Below, piece after piece: positions 1 through 13,465 of a stretch of 64,000 bases of DNA. The notes beneath the pieces were generated by a model. It was not told the origin of the DNA. It searched no databases and saw only the letters and a list, made by a program, of their open reading frames with translations. Every line of letters starts with the position of its first letter. Position 1 is the stretch's first letter. The DNA lies in assembly GCA_043228905.1 (NCBI GenBank), contig JBHGNT010000007.1, positions 16,740,001 through 16,804,000 of the forward strand, given 5' to 3'. A program made the translations under genes and the position numbers. The stretch comes from Azolla caroliniana. Lineage: Eukaryota; Plantae; Polypodiophyta.

Positions 1-1389
1 AGAGTCCTCCCACAACTCAACGCTTTTATGGTACCAACTGCCTCTAGGGCAAACAAGTACCAAGAGATGTGCTTAAGGCTTCCAATATCACATAATCTAC
101 CAACTACCTTCAAGATGCGACGAAATTCAAATAGGAAATGCCTTCTTGACATGGGAGCGTCAACTCTCATGGGATCGAATTATTACTATTCTTCATTATG
201 ATCGCATGCTTTTTCCACAAAATGAACGTAGATGCCAAACAAGGCATTAGATTACTTCATGTATCACATTTATATCATTATTGTTACAGGCATAACCATA
301 ACTGATCACATGGTAGTTTGTACCATAGTTTTTTACATAGGGGAATAAGAGTGTGAGGGGTTGATCCACAATGTAAAGAAAGGAGAATTACTTTTAATCC
401 CAAGGATTGAGACAACCCTTAAGGGTTAAGTTTGAACTGGCCTAGGGACCTTGGGTTTGGCTATAACTATAACGCTTAACTATCCTCATTAGGGATGATT
501 TGAGTACATTGAGAATGTAATCTTGGGGTGAACAAACTCTTGTGGCGAGCACATCAGTACTAGGTTTGACCCGAAGCCATACTGGTAGTATGGGAAGCCA
601 TACAAGGCTTAGGTCTGTCTCAATTCCTTCAATCGAGGTGGTCAGGTGGATCAATACCCTTCTTTCTATCTTTATCTTTTTATAATCCTATCTATTTCCA
701 TATATTCCTACTATCATTAGAATAAATCTATAATTATCATCTCTTGACATAATCCGTAGAGCCTTTTCTCTCAAAATGATGTGCCTAGGAACATTTCTAT
801 CTATTTTAATTGCCACAGAGTACATGCACATAAAAAAATCTATATATATGTAAAAAGAAAAATAAGCGTAAGAACTTTAGATACATTTATGCATTCAAAT
901 TAAAAGAAATGATCAATTTCTCAATGATAGCAATGTGGTTGCTCTTCTTGTCATTTGGACATGTGATGGTGATGCTCATCCTCCTCATGATCACCATCAT
1001 CTCTCTCTTTCGCGGAGTTCTCTTTTCATTGACGACATTACCTAGTTCCTTTACCCAGGTGACGAGTTTCATTGTGTAACTCCTGTTTACCAATGTGTGA
1101 GACCTCATGTAGGGCGATAAAAATGTTTTGTTACAAGGATTTGTTCCACATTCCTCTAGTAGCACTCTGAGGGTCTTGAATATTGTACATATATATATGT
1201 GCATATGGATGTATAATCGGGAATGTTTAGTTCTAATGGTAGGTGTGAGTAGTTATATAGGTGTTTATGTGTAAAAGTATTTGCAAACATGTATTTGTGA
1301 ATGTGTAATCATAGCCATGCTTGAAACTCGTACATGACTATGTATGTTCTCTTAAATGTGTGCAACTATTTTTGTATTTGTATGTAAGG

Positions 1390-1990
1390 ACGTCCTCGAC
1401 CTAATCAACAACTATCAAGATGCATATGCATGGTCTTATCAAGACATGGGTTGGAAATTCTATGAACACCTCACAAAGAATGTACAAGAGACAAGCAATA
1501 CTATTACAAAATCGTTGTTAAAGAGGAAATCAACAATGTTGCCTAGGTCTATTGCATCGGACATGTGAAGAAGACCACAAAACTTAGTTCCATCATCGTG
1601 AAATGAATGAGAAATGGAAAGATCCAAGTTTGTGTTAACAAATAGAAGACGAATTTGCAACCACCATTTGTGCCTTTTGTGTACCATTCGCAAACAACTT
1701 CGTAGACTTCCTCACCATGCATGAGATGCATATCTTCGTTTATGAGTTCCATAGATACAACTAGATCCAAATGACAATCATAGAGCAATAAAATATGACA
1801 TTTATCTCCCAAGTTGGCCGTTTATGTGGCTATGGTAATAATGCTCAATCTTAAGATGGCACCGACCACCTTCCAAGGAAACATCAACAAGTTGTTTGAA
1901 CTATATATACAAAAATTCATGCAAGCTTTTGTCAACGACTTTGTAGTGTTTAGCACTCAATCAAACCAATTACAACGTATTGTCCATGCA
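1390..1990 (+). pseudogene. Highly degenerate Ty3/gypsy reverse transcriptase relic, same broad lineage as element C
   Basis: Broken frames give YQDAYAWSYQDM, VKEEIN, NGKIQVCVN, LKMAPTTFQG and FMQAFVNDFVVFS. The N-terminal pieces are collinear with C pol (YKDVFAWSFDDM, VKEEID, NGKIRVCVD). Many stops and frameshifts. Confidence 0.7.
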
Positions 1991-3235
1991 TGTCAGATTC
2001 GTGCATGTGCATATGGAACCTTTGGGCTTTTGGACTAGGAGATGGACGAAATTTGAGAAGAAGAATTGGGATAAATGGAAGAGATATGGAATATTAGGAT
2101 AAGATGTAATGTAGAATATGCTAAAAAGAGAGTTGCATCCAAGAACTTTATGTGAGAAATAGATCGAATAACCACAAGAGTAAGTTACAATGACAAAACA
2201 AATAGGCTTAGATTGATCCTCTAGAAAACAATACAAAGCCTTGTTGGCTTCTCGTTTCCTCCCCTTTATCTCATAATGAGTTGCCCTGATATAGGTTTCC
2301 CATGCAATCAATGCTAATGAAGCACAACCACTCAACATACATTCTTTAACCTTCCCATGCACTAAGGCTAAGCATTTTCCATGAGTACATGATACTCTAG
2401 CTTGGACCTTAAGCATTCCTTTATAAAGGTTTTTGTGAACTTCACTTAAAAAACTTGCATCCTTGTAAGTTATAGTATTGATATTTGCATAGCCATAGTT
2501 TGAAGGTACAAGGTTTGAATTTTGTCCTATAAAAAATTACATTTGATATGTGCACCATTTTCGTTGGCACACTCCTTTGCGAGGAAAACCAATACTAGGT
2601 TCAAAAGTGGTTCACACAATGCAACATGACACTCACCCCAACCAAGGCCACACATCCTGATCTAGTATATGGCGACCTTCGGGAGAGATCATTCAATCCC
2701 ATGTCGTTGGAGCATCTTAGTGAATTACATCCCTTTGTGTAGAGCAAAATCACTTCAAATGATCTACTTGTAGGTATGTGGATCATATTAAACACATTAT
2801 TGTTGTCATCTTCATTTGTTGTTCTTTGGGATATTCAGTGAAATACTCATTCTACATTGTTGGATGTGTTTGTCAAGCACGTTTCCACCGTCCATTTAGT
2901 ATTTGTGATTTCCTAAACATTTTTATTCGCTTCCTCTATGTTCATTCTCATCATTCTCCTAACTTCTTCAAATAATGTATTTGTCACAAGTTAGGGATAT
3001 CCCTTCGAACCCTTCTTGGCTTTTTATATAGTATCAATGAACTTCTTGTTCATTTTCTCGTTCATAGTTTGAGCTAATTTTCTTTCTGTCACAAAGATAT
3101 CATATGAGCTATCTTTTGCATGTTGTGCAAATTTAGAACTCTTTGCTCTTGGACCATTTTACCCTAATAGTATTTTGGACCAATAGCTTTCTCTTATGTT
3201 AGTTTATTCCATATGCAAAGGAAATTGTAGATGGT

Positions 3236-4285
3236 CTATAAAAGAATAAATTAGAGTTACACATCAACATCAAAAGGATAATGTGTGTTGAGCACAACAC
3301 GAATTATTCTTTTTACCTTTTAGTAAAGAATAGCAAATACTTATACTGAAATAGTCCAACCCTAATTTTTCTGAATTGTGAAAGCTCTTCTTTTATATTT
3401 TAAGGTAGAGATTCCCACCATATAAAGAGTGCGAACACAATATTGTATTTTTTTGATCAACTGTTTGATACTCTGGGCTTGTGAGGATATAAAGTGGTTG
3501 AGCCGTTTGAGAACATGAACATGTAGTTTACATAATTGTGGGCCTTTGCAAAAGGTAGCTATATTATAGCAAGAAAGATGTTCCTCCCAATAGGGTGGCC
3601 CCTTAAAACATCATGTAAGTAGTAAACGAGAGATTTTGATGTACAATCAATATACTTATCTGAACCTCATCGATTAGGGGTTAGATCAAGTTGGGACTAA
3701 CTGTTGTGGACCATCACCAGCCCACGAGACGGGCGTGGCATTTGCATAATAGGAAATAGGTTTACGTTTAGCAAACCCACACCAATGCAAAAACCCCATC
3801 GGCGGACACTATTTTGACGATACACCCACCCGATGTGATCGCTAGTAACTTACTAACTAACTACGTTTGCAATGCGACCCAATTGGGCATCATTTGGACT
3901 AGATATCCCACCGCCCTATTTTTAGTACAAGAAGCTAACAAAGTTTGTAGCCGTGTTGCTTGGTTTGCAAGGGTATGAAGTTGAAGGCGATTTAGCCAAA
4001 GTCCGTGTGTGAACGAGGCCATAACGAGAGCGGACATGAGGTGTGCCATTTCTTTATGTTTATTATATATACATACATATATCCCACATACAAGCGCAAG
4101 GAGAGCGTTGGGCTATAAATAAAAGACATCTCAGGGATTCAAATTTCATCGGGATGGCGTGGGTTGAGCACAGAGCGAACTATTCTTTCGCCTTTTACTA
4201 AAGAATACCGTGTGCTCCTCCTAACTCAAACGCCCTAACCCTAATTTTTGGGATTGGAACCTCTTTTACAGAGGTTCCATTGACA
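3236..4285 (+). repeat. Two diverged ~180-bp copies (3236-3420 and 4113-4285), possibly old LTR remnants
   Basis: Both have CTATAAA, then GTTGAGCACA, a TATTCTTT...AAAGAATA inverted repeat and AACCCTAATTTTT. No TSD or PBS found. Confidence 0.4.
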
Positions 4286-5803
4286 AATGAAACGAAGCTA
4301 TGAAACTAAATATGCTGGGTTTTAACTAGAGAGGTTAATTCTTCGTCTCTTGTCTGTAAATGCTCTACCATCAACGATTAGGTTTTCTATTGGTGCGAGA
4401 ATTGCTAATATTAAGAATTAGCAAGAAGTCTTTCAAATGTTTTGCTGTCTGGTTCGATGGATAGTTATGGATGGTGTATAGCTCCCTACCAATATTTACA
4501 GTATATTTATAGCTATTATATGGATGTACAGGTTGTTAGTATGTTTAAGGAACATAGTTATATCGTTAGGGTAGGGAAGAGGTCAAAGCCTAAATTGTTA
4601 TACATACTGTATATGCATATACTGTGGGCAAGATACCAAATTTGTTGTACAAGAAATAAGGGCATGTCAATGATTTTGTTGGATGTTATCATGGGAGATC
4701 GACTCAGTGATTTGTGGATATGCTAGATTTTGATTAATAAGTGTACTGAAGAATATGATCTTTGCATACTCGATATGGGGGGTGGGGGTAAAACCTAGCT
4801 TGGGTATTTTTGTTAGCAGGAATACATTGATGAATAAAAGAAAACAGTTTTCTCCCCTCTTTCGATTGATGTGAGGAATCAGATTAGGTTTTCTTTTGGA
4901 ACAAGAATTAGCAAGAAGTCCTGGTAAAAGATTTCCATTGAAAATGAGAGAATGCACACTTGAATTATATAAATGACTATTTCTGCGGATTAGTAGTAGC
5001 TAGCAAATCTCTCTTACGGATGAGGTATCAAGAACTGCAATTTGCAGACCACATCATTGTTTATTTTTGCATTTCAAATTGATGAGTATATATAGGGATG
5101 CAGGATTGCATGTAAAATAATAGTACAGATTGTAGCCTCTCTCTCTCTCTCACACACACATCCTCCTCCACACCACTCTACCATGGATGCTGAAAATGGT
5201 GCAGAAGGAAGAGGCTTCCCATCATTTTTCAACTGTGCATGAATAAATGGAAGGATTGGTTAATGTGAGCAGTGTATTCATACCTAAAGAAAAGGCAATA
5301 CTGAACAACATTGTGGAATCAGAGGATGTGGCATGATCCATATCACATGACATGGTGATATGAAGAAGAAAAGGGGAATTGTTCATAGATCAGGAATTTC
5401 TCTACAGTATGACAACATTGGGGTAGCATCATATTCCTAGAGTCACACCCATGAATTTCACTGAAATGATTATGATCAAGGATAAAACACTAAGATTTAG
5501 ATCTGAGACACAGACATAAAGCAGAGACACATGATGTACGTGAAAACCCTAAAACCAGGGAAAAACTACGGGGCACCAGGCCAGGAAGATTCCATTGTAG
5601 ATCAGCAGTATACAAAACAAATTTCAAGACTCCCTAGCTTGCTCGGGGGAAAGAACTAAATCACAGAGAGTACCACAATACTATAGAGGAGACAAAGCTC
5701 ACACAACATTAGTATATGAAATGACGAAACTTGTCCAGGTATAGGTATACTCCCAGGTCATCGTATTAAACCTCGGCTAGGGTTTCAGCCAAGTCCACCA
5801 ATA

Positions 5804-5854
<51 letters not shown>

Positions 5855-5872
5855 ATATATATATATATATAT
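5804..5872. repeat. (TAAA)n(TA)n microsatellite inside the O LTR
   Basis: Read directly from the sequence. Confidence 0.95.
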
Positions 5873-6009
5873 AATATTTTCAGCCTCTCAGCCGATTCCA
5901 ACCAACCAACCCTCATTCGATCTCTTGGCCGATTTACGGCTTTTCAACCGTCTTCCCCCATCAGGAGGGACATGGATACATAACAAACTCCCCCTTCACT
6001 CTTGTATGG

Positions 6010-7951
6010 GGGGAGTCGACCAGACCAGTCTTTAGCCAGCAAGCAAGGAGTTTTTCAATAGATAAAGTCTTTGTAAGCATGTCAGATCCATTTTCATCGG
6101 TATGGATCTTCGCTAAAGCAAACTCATTTTCATCCACTCTCCCTCATAACTAGTGATACCTTTTGTGAATGTGCTTTGTATGAGAATGATAGACAACATT
6201 CTTGGCAATATATATGACACTCTGATTATCACAATGAACTAGGATTTTTTCTTGCTTCATTCCTAGTTCACTTAGAAAATCCCTCATCCAATCAATTCCT
6301 TTTCGGCCTCCACTACAACCACATACTCAGCCTCTGTGGTCGACAAAGCCACAACCTTTTACAATCTTGATTGCCATGACACTGCTCCCCCTGCATAAGT
6401 CATCACATACCTTGATGTGGATCGACTAGAATCTACATCACCCAACATACCAGAATCTGTGAAACCTTCGAGCATAGGTTTCCCGGAGCCATACCTAAGG
6501 CATACACTCGAAGTACCTTTTAAGTATCTGAGTATCCATTTCATGGCTGTCCAATGTTTCTTTCCAAGATTTCTCATATATCGACGAACTATCCCAATAA
6601 CAAATGCAATGTTCGGCCTAGTGCAAACTATAGCATACATTACGCTCAGAACAACCGATGCATATGGCACCCTTCTCATCTCGGCCTTATCCCTCTCACT
6701 TCTTGGACATTGACAAGAATTTAGCTTATAGTTCACCAACAATGTAGATCCGACAGGTTTTGCATTGTGCGTATTAAATCTTTGCAAAACTTTTGTCACA
6801 TATTTCACCTGTGACAACCACAACATATTTTTAGTTATGTCTTGGACTATATGCATTCCCAAAATCTGTTTTGTCGAATCTAAATCCTTCATAGCAAAGG
6901 ATTTGCTTAAAGCTTTCTTCAAACTCACAATCTTCTTAACATCTTGTCCAACAACTAACATATCATCTACATACAATAAGAGAATAAGAAAATCACCTTC
7001 ACCATACCTTTTCACAAATACACAATGATAGGCTTGTTTTTTGTGGAATCTGCGTTCTAGTATGAAGGATTCAAACTTCTTATACCATTGTCAAGGAGCT
7101 TGCTTCAAACCATACAAGCTCTTCCGTAGTCTACATACCAATTCTCTTTTCCTTTCACCTAAAGCCCTTCGGCTGCTGCATATATATATTTCCTCTTCTA
7201 ACTCACCATGTAGAAAAGTTGTTTTTACATCAAACTATTCAATCTCCAGATTCATACTGATAGCTATGCTCAAAACAGTCCGGATGGATGTCATCTTCAT
7301 GACTGAAGCAAATATTTCATCAAAATCGACACCCTTTTTCTGCTGAAAACCCTTCACCACAATGCGGGCCTTATACCTAGGTGTGTTGTCGTCTTCTCCA
7401 GTTTTCAACTTGTAAACCCATTTGTTTCTAAGTGCCTTCTTTCCCTCAACAAGCTCCATCAACTCATAGGTGTGGTTCTCATGCAAGGAATCCATCTCAT
7501 CTTGCATGGCACAATACCACTTCTCCTTGTGCACATCTATCATGGCTTCTTCATAACATTCTGGCTCACCTTTATCATTGAAGAGGACATATTGACTGGC
7601 TGGATACCGAGAGGAGGCCTTCCATGTCTGAGTGGGTATCTTCTTCCTTCAAAAACCGGCTCAAATTCGATTGCTTCTGTCGGCTCATCTTCTGGCCCAT
7701 ATTCATATACATCAGCCTACTATTGTGTGCTAGCCGGCTCAAATTCGGTCGCACAACATCTGACTGGTTGTGTGGGATGGGGATTGACTTGTACCGACTC
7801 CATAACAGTAATCGGCTGGGAAGACGACATTGGTTTCTGCCGTCTCTAATCTTCAATCGTCTTGTCTTCCATGAATATGACGATATCATGGCTCCTCACC
7901 ACTTTCTTGTCAAGGAGATCCCACAACTTGTAACCAAAATAATCTTCTTAA
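6010..7951 (-). pseudogene. Copia pol (IN C-terminus, RT, RNase H) of element O, disrupted
   Basis: ORF pieces 7235-7543 and 6359-7015 with YVDD; stops and frameshifts lie between them. Confidence 0.9.
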
Positions 7952-8171
7952 TGTTGAGATACCAGTCCCTTCGGATGGGGATCGGAGAAGCCGAAAGGTG
8001 TCTAGCTGGATCCGGCATCAATCGGAAGAGAGACAAATATGTAAATATGTTTCTTATGGGCCGTTGAGGCCACATTTGTAAATAGCCCGTAAGTTATATA
8101 AGTATAAAATAACTTAGGGCAAAACATGATTGTGGGCTATTAGCATTCTGTGCGTGTGAGTCCGAGTTGTA

Positions 8172-8219
<48 letters not shown>

Positions 8220-8739
8220 AAGATATATTAACATCTTCTAAGGCCAAAATTGGCCCATGAGACAAATGGTTTACAAAAAAATGGGATATTTACCCATTCA
8301 TCGAAAGTAAAAATAAAAATAAGATAAAAATAGAGTTTAAGCTAAATAGTTCTAAGAAAAAAACAAGATTGTTCTATATAAAAAATATGTTCTACAATGA
8401 AAATGATGTTAAACTAGGCCTAATTTCATTTCCATCCAAGTCTCTCGAAGAGAAGCGGAAGGTCAAAGGGTTGTGATGTGGATGTGGCCCGTGGTCCCAA
8501 TGTAAAAGATACCCCAACCATAGCTTCTAGTTGACGTAGCTCATGTTCCCTTATCTTCTTAATCTTTTCTACTCCACGTCGACTTGTTTTGAAGCCCAAC
8601 ATCTGAGGGCGTTTGGTTGTTCTTTGCATTTCTGCTTCCTCAAGGGAGAGGCCGAGCCGCGTAAGTGTATCCACATTCATCGTCTCCCCTTGTTCCTGAA
8701 AAATTACACTAGTTACATGTTGATGAATAGTAAAAGGGT

Positions 8740-11700
8740 TATGGTTAACACTTTGTAATTTATTCTCCCTATATTGTTTTAGTTCTAAGATATACCTACC
8801 TAGTCCCTTTACACTCGGGGTATCCAATAGTTTGGAGAGGGTCCTAATATGTCTTGGTATTCCACTTGTATCTTGGCATTAGTTGGGCACTTGAATGTGA
8901 AGTGATACTCATCCTCTATCTCTATGTGGCATAATCTACATAGCCTTTCCTCTCTAGGGACTCTATTAGCCCGACCATTCTCAATCTCAAGTTGGTGAGA
9001 TGATATCCTAAGTTGTCCAATGGCCACCCTTACTGCATTTAATAAGAATGTATCTAGATATCTTCCTCGTGTAATAAAACCTAACTTAGAGAAGTGCAAG
9101 AAATGTTCCTTATAGTACAACATTTTCGATGGGAGTGGCTCTCGTGGGGTGATCCATTTATATCGAGTGTAAATTTGCCATATTTCTTGGCAGATCACTT
9201 TATTACGGTCTTCATGAGAGATTATAGTTTGATCAGTCCCATGGTTGTACTTAAGGGGAGGTAGGTTATTAATGTCTATGCCGTTTGCAAGTAACCAACT
9301 CACCACAATGCTATACCAAGAGCTAGTGTCTCCATACGCATGTAGGGATTGGGATGCCTCAAAGGCTCGACGGGATATCCTATCTTGTGGCTGACTATGT
9401 ATCCGATGAATAAAAACTACCACTTGAAAGAGTGCTTCTACTAACATCGGGGGTAGACTGAACTCTGCTCTAATAATGTCATGTGGTACTGTTGATTTGC
9501 TTCGGAGTTGATGTGATAACATCGTCACCAAAGGTCTCTCTAATTGCGTTCACATGAAATATGGTAGACTTGGAGCCCATAGTACTGATGCATACATGAG
9601 GGAAGGAGTCACGAATGAGTCGAAGAGCCATCCCTTAGTCTGTGGCTCTTGAAAGTATGCCTGGTGGCATTGTCTCTCTAAGAGTGAGAGGGATGCATAC
9701 CCTCTCGTTAGCCTATCTTTGGTTGCCTGGGTCATCGAGAATTTACCTGAGCGAGCACTAAAAGTGACTCCCAAGTATACATATGATCCCACGACCTCAA
9801 CTAGTTTATGAGTGAGGATTATGTGACATTTACTCCTTACTTGGGACGATGTATGAAAGATAAGGACTTTAGTTTTCACTAGATTCACTACCAGTCCTCG
9901 TTGTGTACAAAAATCATCTAGGGCATTAAGATGCTTTTGTAGGTCGTGTTCGGATACTGAGAGCAAGACAATGTCGACTGCGTAGAGTAAGAGACTAACT
10001 TGCGTATCCCCAATAGCTACTCCCTTACGAGCAATAAAATCAGTGATCTCATCAATGTAGATCCCAAAAAAAGTCGGTGATAGGGGGCAACCCTGTTTTA
10101 CACCAATGGTGCTAGTGAAACAATTGGATAGGCCACCTGGGCATCTTACGCACCCAAAGACTTGCTCATATAGGGCATAAATGGCCCAAATCATGTCATT
10201 TGGTATCTCCAAGCTCTTAAGTCTATCAAACAACCTCTCCCTAGGAACTGTGTCAAAGGCTTTGCAGAAGTCCACAAAGCAACAATATAGTTTCTTCTTA
10301 CGAGCCTTCTTCTGGTCAATTAAGCACCTAAGTGTGAAGATATGGTCAATAGTGGAGAAGGCTCGTCTAAAGCCAGCCCGCTCAGGTGCTCGAAGAATTA
10401 ATGTTTCCATATAATCACTGAGCTCCGCTTCCATTACTGCACCATATAGTTTAGCGAGCGTATGACCTATCATAATGGTCCTATATGTATTTGGGTCCAT
10501 TGGGTCCCCTCCTTTATGTATTGGGGCCACTGTGTTCATGGCCCATTGTGGTGGAAAACCCTCGGTGAGGGCGCGACTAAAGATTAGAGTGAGAAGGGGG
10601 GCTAGGCACTCTCGAGCATATATGATATGCCTGGCTCACAATCCTGTGTGGTCCATGGATTTCCTATGTTGTAATTTTTTTTATGACCTTCGTGACCCTA
10701 GAGGCTGTGAAAAGTGTCCCCATGGTAGGTCGAGGTGTGGAAGGCATTGGAATGGGTGGTTGGTCCGGGACATGGTAGAGTCTCTTGACATATGTGTGCC
10801 AAATATTGGGATCCTCGATGGGTGTTTGTGGTCTCGGTTCCCGTAGTCTCTTCCATGCAAGGGCGCAGTCCCTACTCATGAGCATATGGTAGAGTTCCCA
10901 ATTATATTGAGATGCTTCCCAAGCTCGTCTTTTACGACGTGTCATCTTGCGCATCTCTTTGCGACCCTGTACTGAGGAAATAGTGCTACTAAGTCGCGAC
11001 ACTTTAAGTTGTCTATACATTGACTCTCTACAATCCTCATCATACCACTTGTTTTGTGGCATAAACCCTATTCTACCATGACCGGAGTCTTTCGTGTATG
11101 GAAAGCTACTAATTGGTGCGGAGTAAGGGATGTCTGTGAGTTCTGTAGTGAGGTTCTCTAAAGGCAAGAAAGAATCAAAAGAGGAGAGATGGGGTTGAAC
11201 ATGTTGAGAGTAGATGTCAGCGAGCTCATGCGGGAAGTGTATTATGGTGTGATGGTTTGGTTGACTAGAGTTGGTGGCGTGGGAATTGTCACATTTTAGC
11301 TCAAAGTATAGGAAGCTATGGTCTGCACCAATGGGGCATGGGGCCACCCAGAAGGAGTTAACCATGTGGGTAGCTTTAGGGCGTCCTGTTAGGTAATCAA
11401 CTGTGCGTTACCCTCCTCCGTGTGGGAAACATGTGAACTCTTTCGAGCCTGGCCACTTGGCTAAGCCATGATATATAATGATCATCTGGTGTCGGCTTCC
11501 AAGTTCAAGCAGATGATGGCCAAATCTTGTGGCTTCCGCACCTTGGTCCTTTGATGTACGTGTTATGCCTAAGGCTAAAGGGTCGACATTCACCATTTCT
11601 AGGTTTCTATCCATCTAAAATATTGTGCATTGTCCGGATTGGGTTCTCACATTGAAATCTCCTACAAGGAAGACTTCCCCTTGAGAGGAATATCGGATTA

Positions 11701-12130
11701 TGTCATCCGATAAAGGTTCGTATGGAGAAGGCCCATGTGGCGTTCCTTCATCAACTATACTCGCCTCTCCAATCATATTATACTGGGATCCTTTCAAGGG
11801 GAAGTAACAAACGGCGATAAATATCACCTGATCCTTGCTAGTGAGGACTTTCACCCACATAAAACAAGCTTCTAGGTCTGTCTTTAGTATTTCTATCCTA
11901 TTATGTATCTCTCTCCAAAATAATATCACAACCCCTCCAGATCCTCTAGTAGTGTGTCGATGTGAGGTTTGTCGAAAGACAGACTCCCAACGAAAACCGT
12001 CAACTCGTGGTAGTCCTCAATTTGGACTTTGATGTGTTTCTACTAAAAAAAGTATATCAGATACCTTCAAAATCTCCTCTAGATGGCCAGGGTGTGTCCA
12101 AAGTGCACCGTTACATTTCCATAAAGTCAT
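8740..12130 (-). pseudogene. LINE ORF2 (APE - RT - Cys/His domain), fragmented
   Basis: Collinear ORF pieces 11615-11929, 11408-11614, 10664-11365, 9550-10539 and 8809-9531. Confidence 0.9.
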
Positions 12131-12139
12131 CCTAAGTTT

Positions 12140-12700
12140 ATTATCTGTCACATGGGCCACACACCGTCAATTGGCGGCGCGATAATTTATTATCACGCGT
12201 CCGTTTCGGTAGAAAGCACGATGACCCTCTTTACGAGCTTGTATGACTCGTGGCATACAAGTTTTACGATGCTCAATTTGCATCTTGCTCAGGTCTTCAT
12301 CGAGGTAGATAGGGTCTCCCCGCCCAATCCTCGAAGAATTGGTCTCTTTTTAAAAAAGGCGATTCTAGATTCTGAGTCCTTAAACTAAAGGACTAAAGCT
12401 CTTTTCCTAGTGGTGTCACGTCCTACCCTCCAAGTTTTAGTGATTGGTAGGGCTTCGTACCCCAAAATTTTCCCTAATGTTTGTGCACCTTCGTCGGGAG
12501 ATGCCCCTAACTTGAGCTCAGTAACTCGTACATTTAGGCGTCGAGCTTGACGCATTTTTTTCTCAAGGGTAGTGTTTACAATGTTTTCATCCTTTAGTTC
12601 TTTTTTAATATTACGTTTTACTACATCAACCCACCCAGTTTTTGCTAATTCCATATCGCTTTTAACCTCTTCCTTAACCTTTTTGATCTCTCAAGGAGAG
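12140..12700 (-). pseudogene. LINE ORF1 remnant
   Basis: RRLNVRV...WRVGR...RALVL...YLDEDL...RKEGHRAFYRNGRVIIN lies immediately upstream of ORF2. Confidence 0.65.
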
Positions 12701-13100
12701 AGAGAGATAGATATTTCACCATCTTCCCTAGATGTCTCAAGGAGAGAGAGAGAGAGAGAGAGACAGAGGGAGGGAAGATATTCTACCATCTTCCCTAGAT
12801 GTCTCAAGGAGAGAGAGAGAGAGAGAGAGAAATAGAAAGTATTTTCTATTGTAACTATCGAAGGTGAAGATAGAGCTCGAGGTCGTTGCCTCTTAGTCTC
12901 CCATTGTACCCTTCCTCTCTCATAGTGATAGTCGGAGTCTGTGGGCTCTCGTGGTTTTTCCCGATTAGGGTTTTTTTCCACATTAACATCTTGTGCCGTC
13001 TCTTTTATCTTGTAAAGTGCATTCTATCTATTGTTTTATTTCTATTTCTTCCATTATGTGATTGAGACTCGGTTGTGGCTAAGCCTTATTCCTATCAATA

Positions 13101-13112
13101 TGGTATTAGAGC
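13101..13112 (+). promoter_or_regulatory. PBS (tRNA-iMet) of copia B
   Basis: TGGTATTAGAGC, one mismatch to the canonical TGGTATCAGAGC, 3 nt after the LTR. Confidence 0.85.
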
Positions 13113-13261
13113 ATGGAAGATCCATTCGGCCGCATGTTCAAGCTCACCGGCTCCAACTACCTAGTATGGAAGTTGAAGATGAGGGACATGTTGGTGGTCA
13201 AACATCTCTGGCTGCCGGTACATTTTGGAGATGCAAGATGCAAGACCAGACATGATAGATG
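13113..13261 (+). pseudogene. gag N-terminus of copia B (continues at 58616)
   Basis: MEDPFGRMFKLTGSNYLVWKLKMRDMLVVKHLWLPV, homologous to A gag. Confidence 0.85.
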
Positions 13262-13334
13262 TGTTAGGAAATAGGTCCCTCCAGATGGGAAATGAGAAGA
13301 ACCGTGTTGATGAGCAACTCGGACGAGGCCGAGT

Positions 13335-13465
13335 CCAAATGTGGAGCACCCGGCAACGGAAGACCCGGTGAGAACCGGATGTGGCGTACCCGGCAACGGA
13401 AGACCCGGTGAGAACCGGATGTGGAGTACCCGACAACGGAAGACCCGATGAGAACCAGATGTTGC
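13335..13465 (+). repeat. 40-bp tandem repeat in the A 5' LTR (3 units; 5 units at ~57930-58135 in the 3' LTR)
   Basis: Unit GTGGCGTACCCGGCAACGGAAGACCCGGTGAGAACCGGAT recurs at 13341, 13381 and 13421. Confidence 0.95.

Larger units (their letters stand above)
5460..7951 (-). mobile_element. Copia element O, 3' part (integrase C-terminus, RT, RNase H, PPT, 3' LTR); outermost layer of the nest
   Basis: Minus-strand fragments YKLWDLLDKKVVRS, WYCAMQDEMDSL, LLLYVDDML and GAVSWQSRL. PPT AGTGAAGGGGGAGTT at 5986-6000 abuts the LTR start TGTTA at 5985. The far LTR boundary is approximate. Confidence 0.85.
8217..12810 (-). mobile_element. Near full-length non-LTR retrotransposon (LINE, RTEX-like), degenerate
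   Basis: ORF1 remnant, APE endonuclease (RGSGG, CYFP, GDFN, DH), RT (GVKQGCPLSP, YAVD) and C-terminal LRISSHQLEIENGR...RLCRLC...EDEYHF..KCP. (GA)n flanks both sides. The clade call is from motif recall. Confidence 0.85.
7952..13097 (+). repeat. 5' LTR of copia B in two pieces (7952-~8216 and ~12811-13097), split by the LINE at its (GA)n tract
   Basis: Starts TGTTGAG and ends CCTATCA. Both halves are collinear with the A and H LTRs (TTTGTAAATAGCCCG...TAGGGCAAA; GAGGTCGTTGCCTC...GTGGTTTTTCCC). A PBS follows. Confidence 0.85.

Noticed and set aside
1-5400. Host protein-coding exons in the left AT-rich region
   Set aside because: Short ORFs without recognisable domains or a supportable splice structure; only a gypsy RT relic could be identified.
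13335-13465. 40-bp and 28-bp regular repeats as a CRISPR array
   Set aside because: Head-to-tail units without unique spacers, inside LTRs, with no cas genes.
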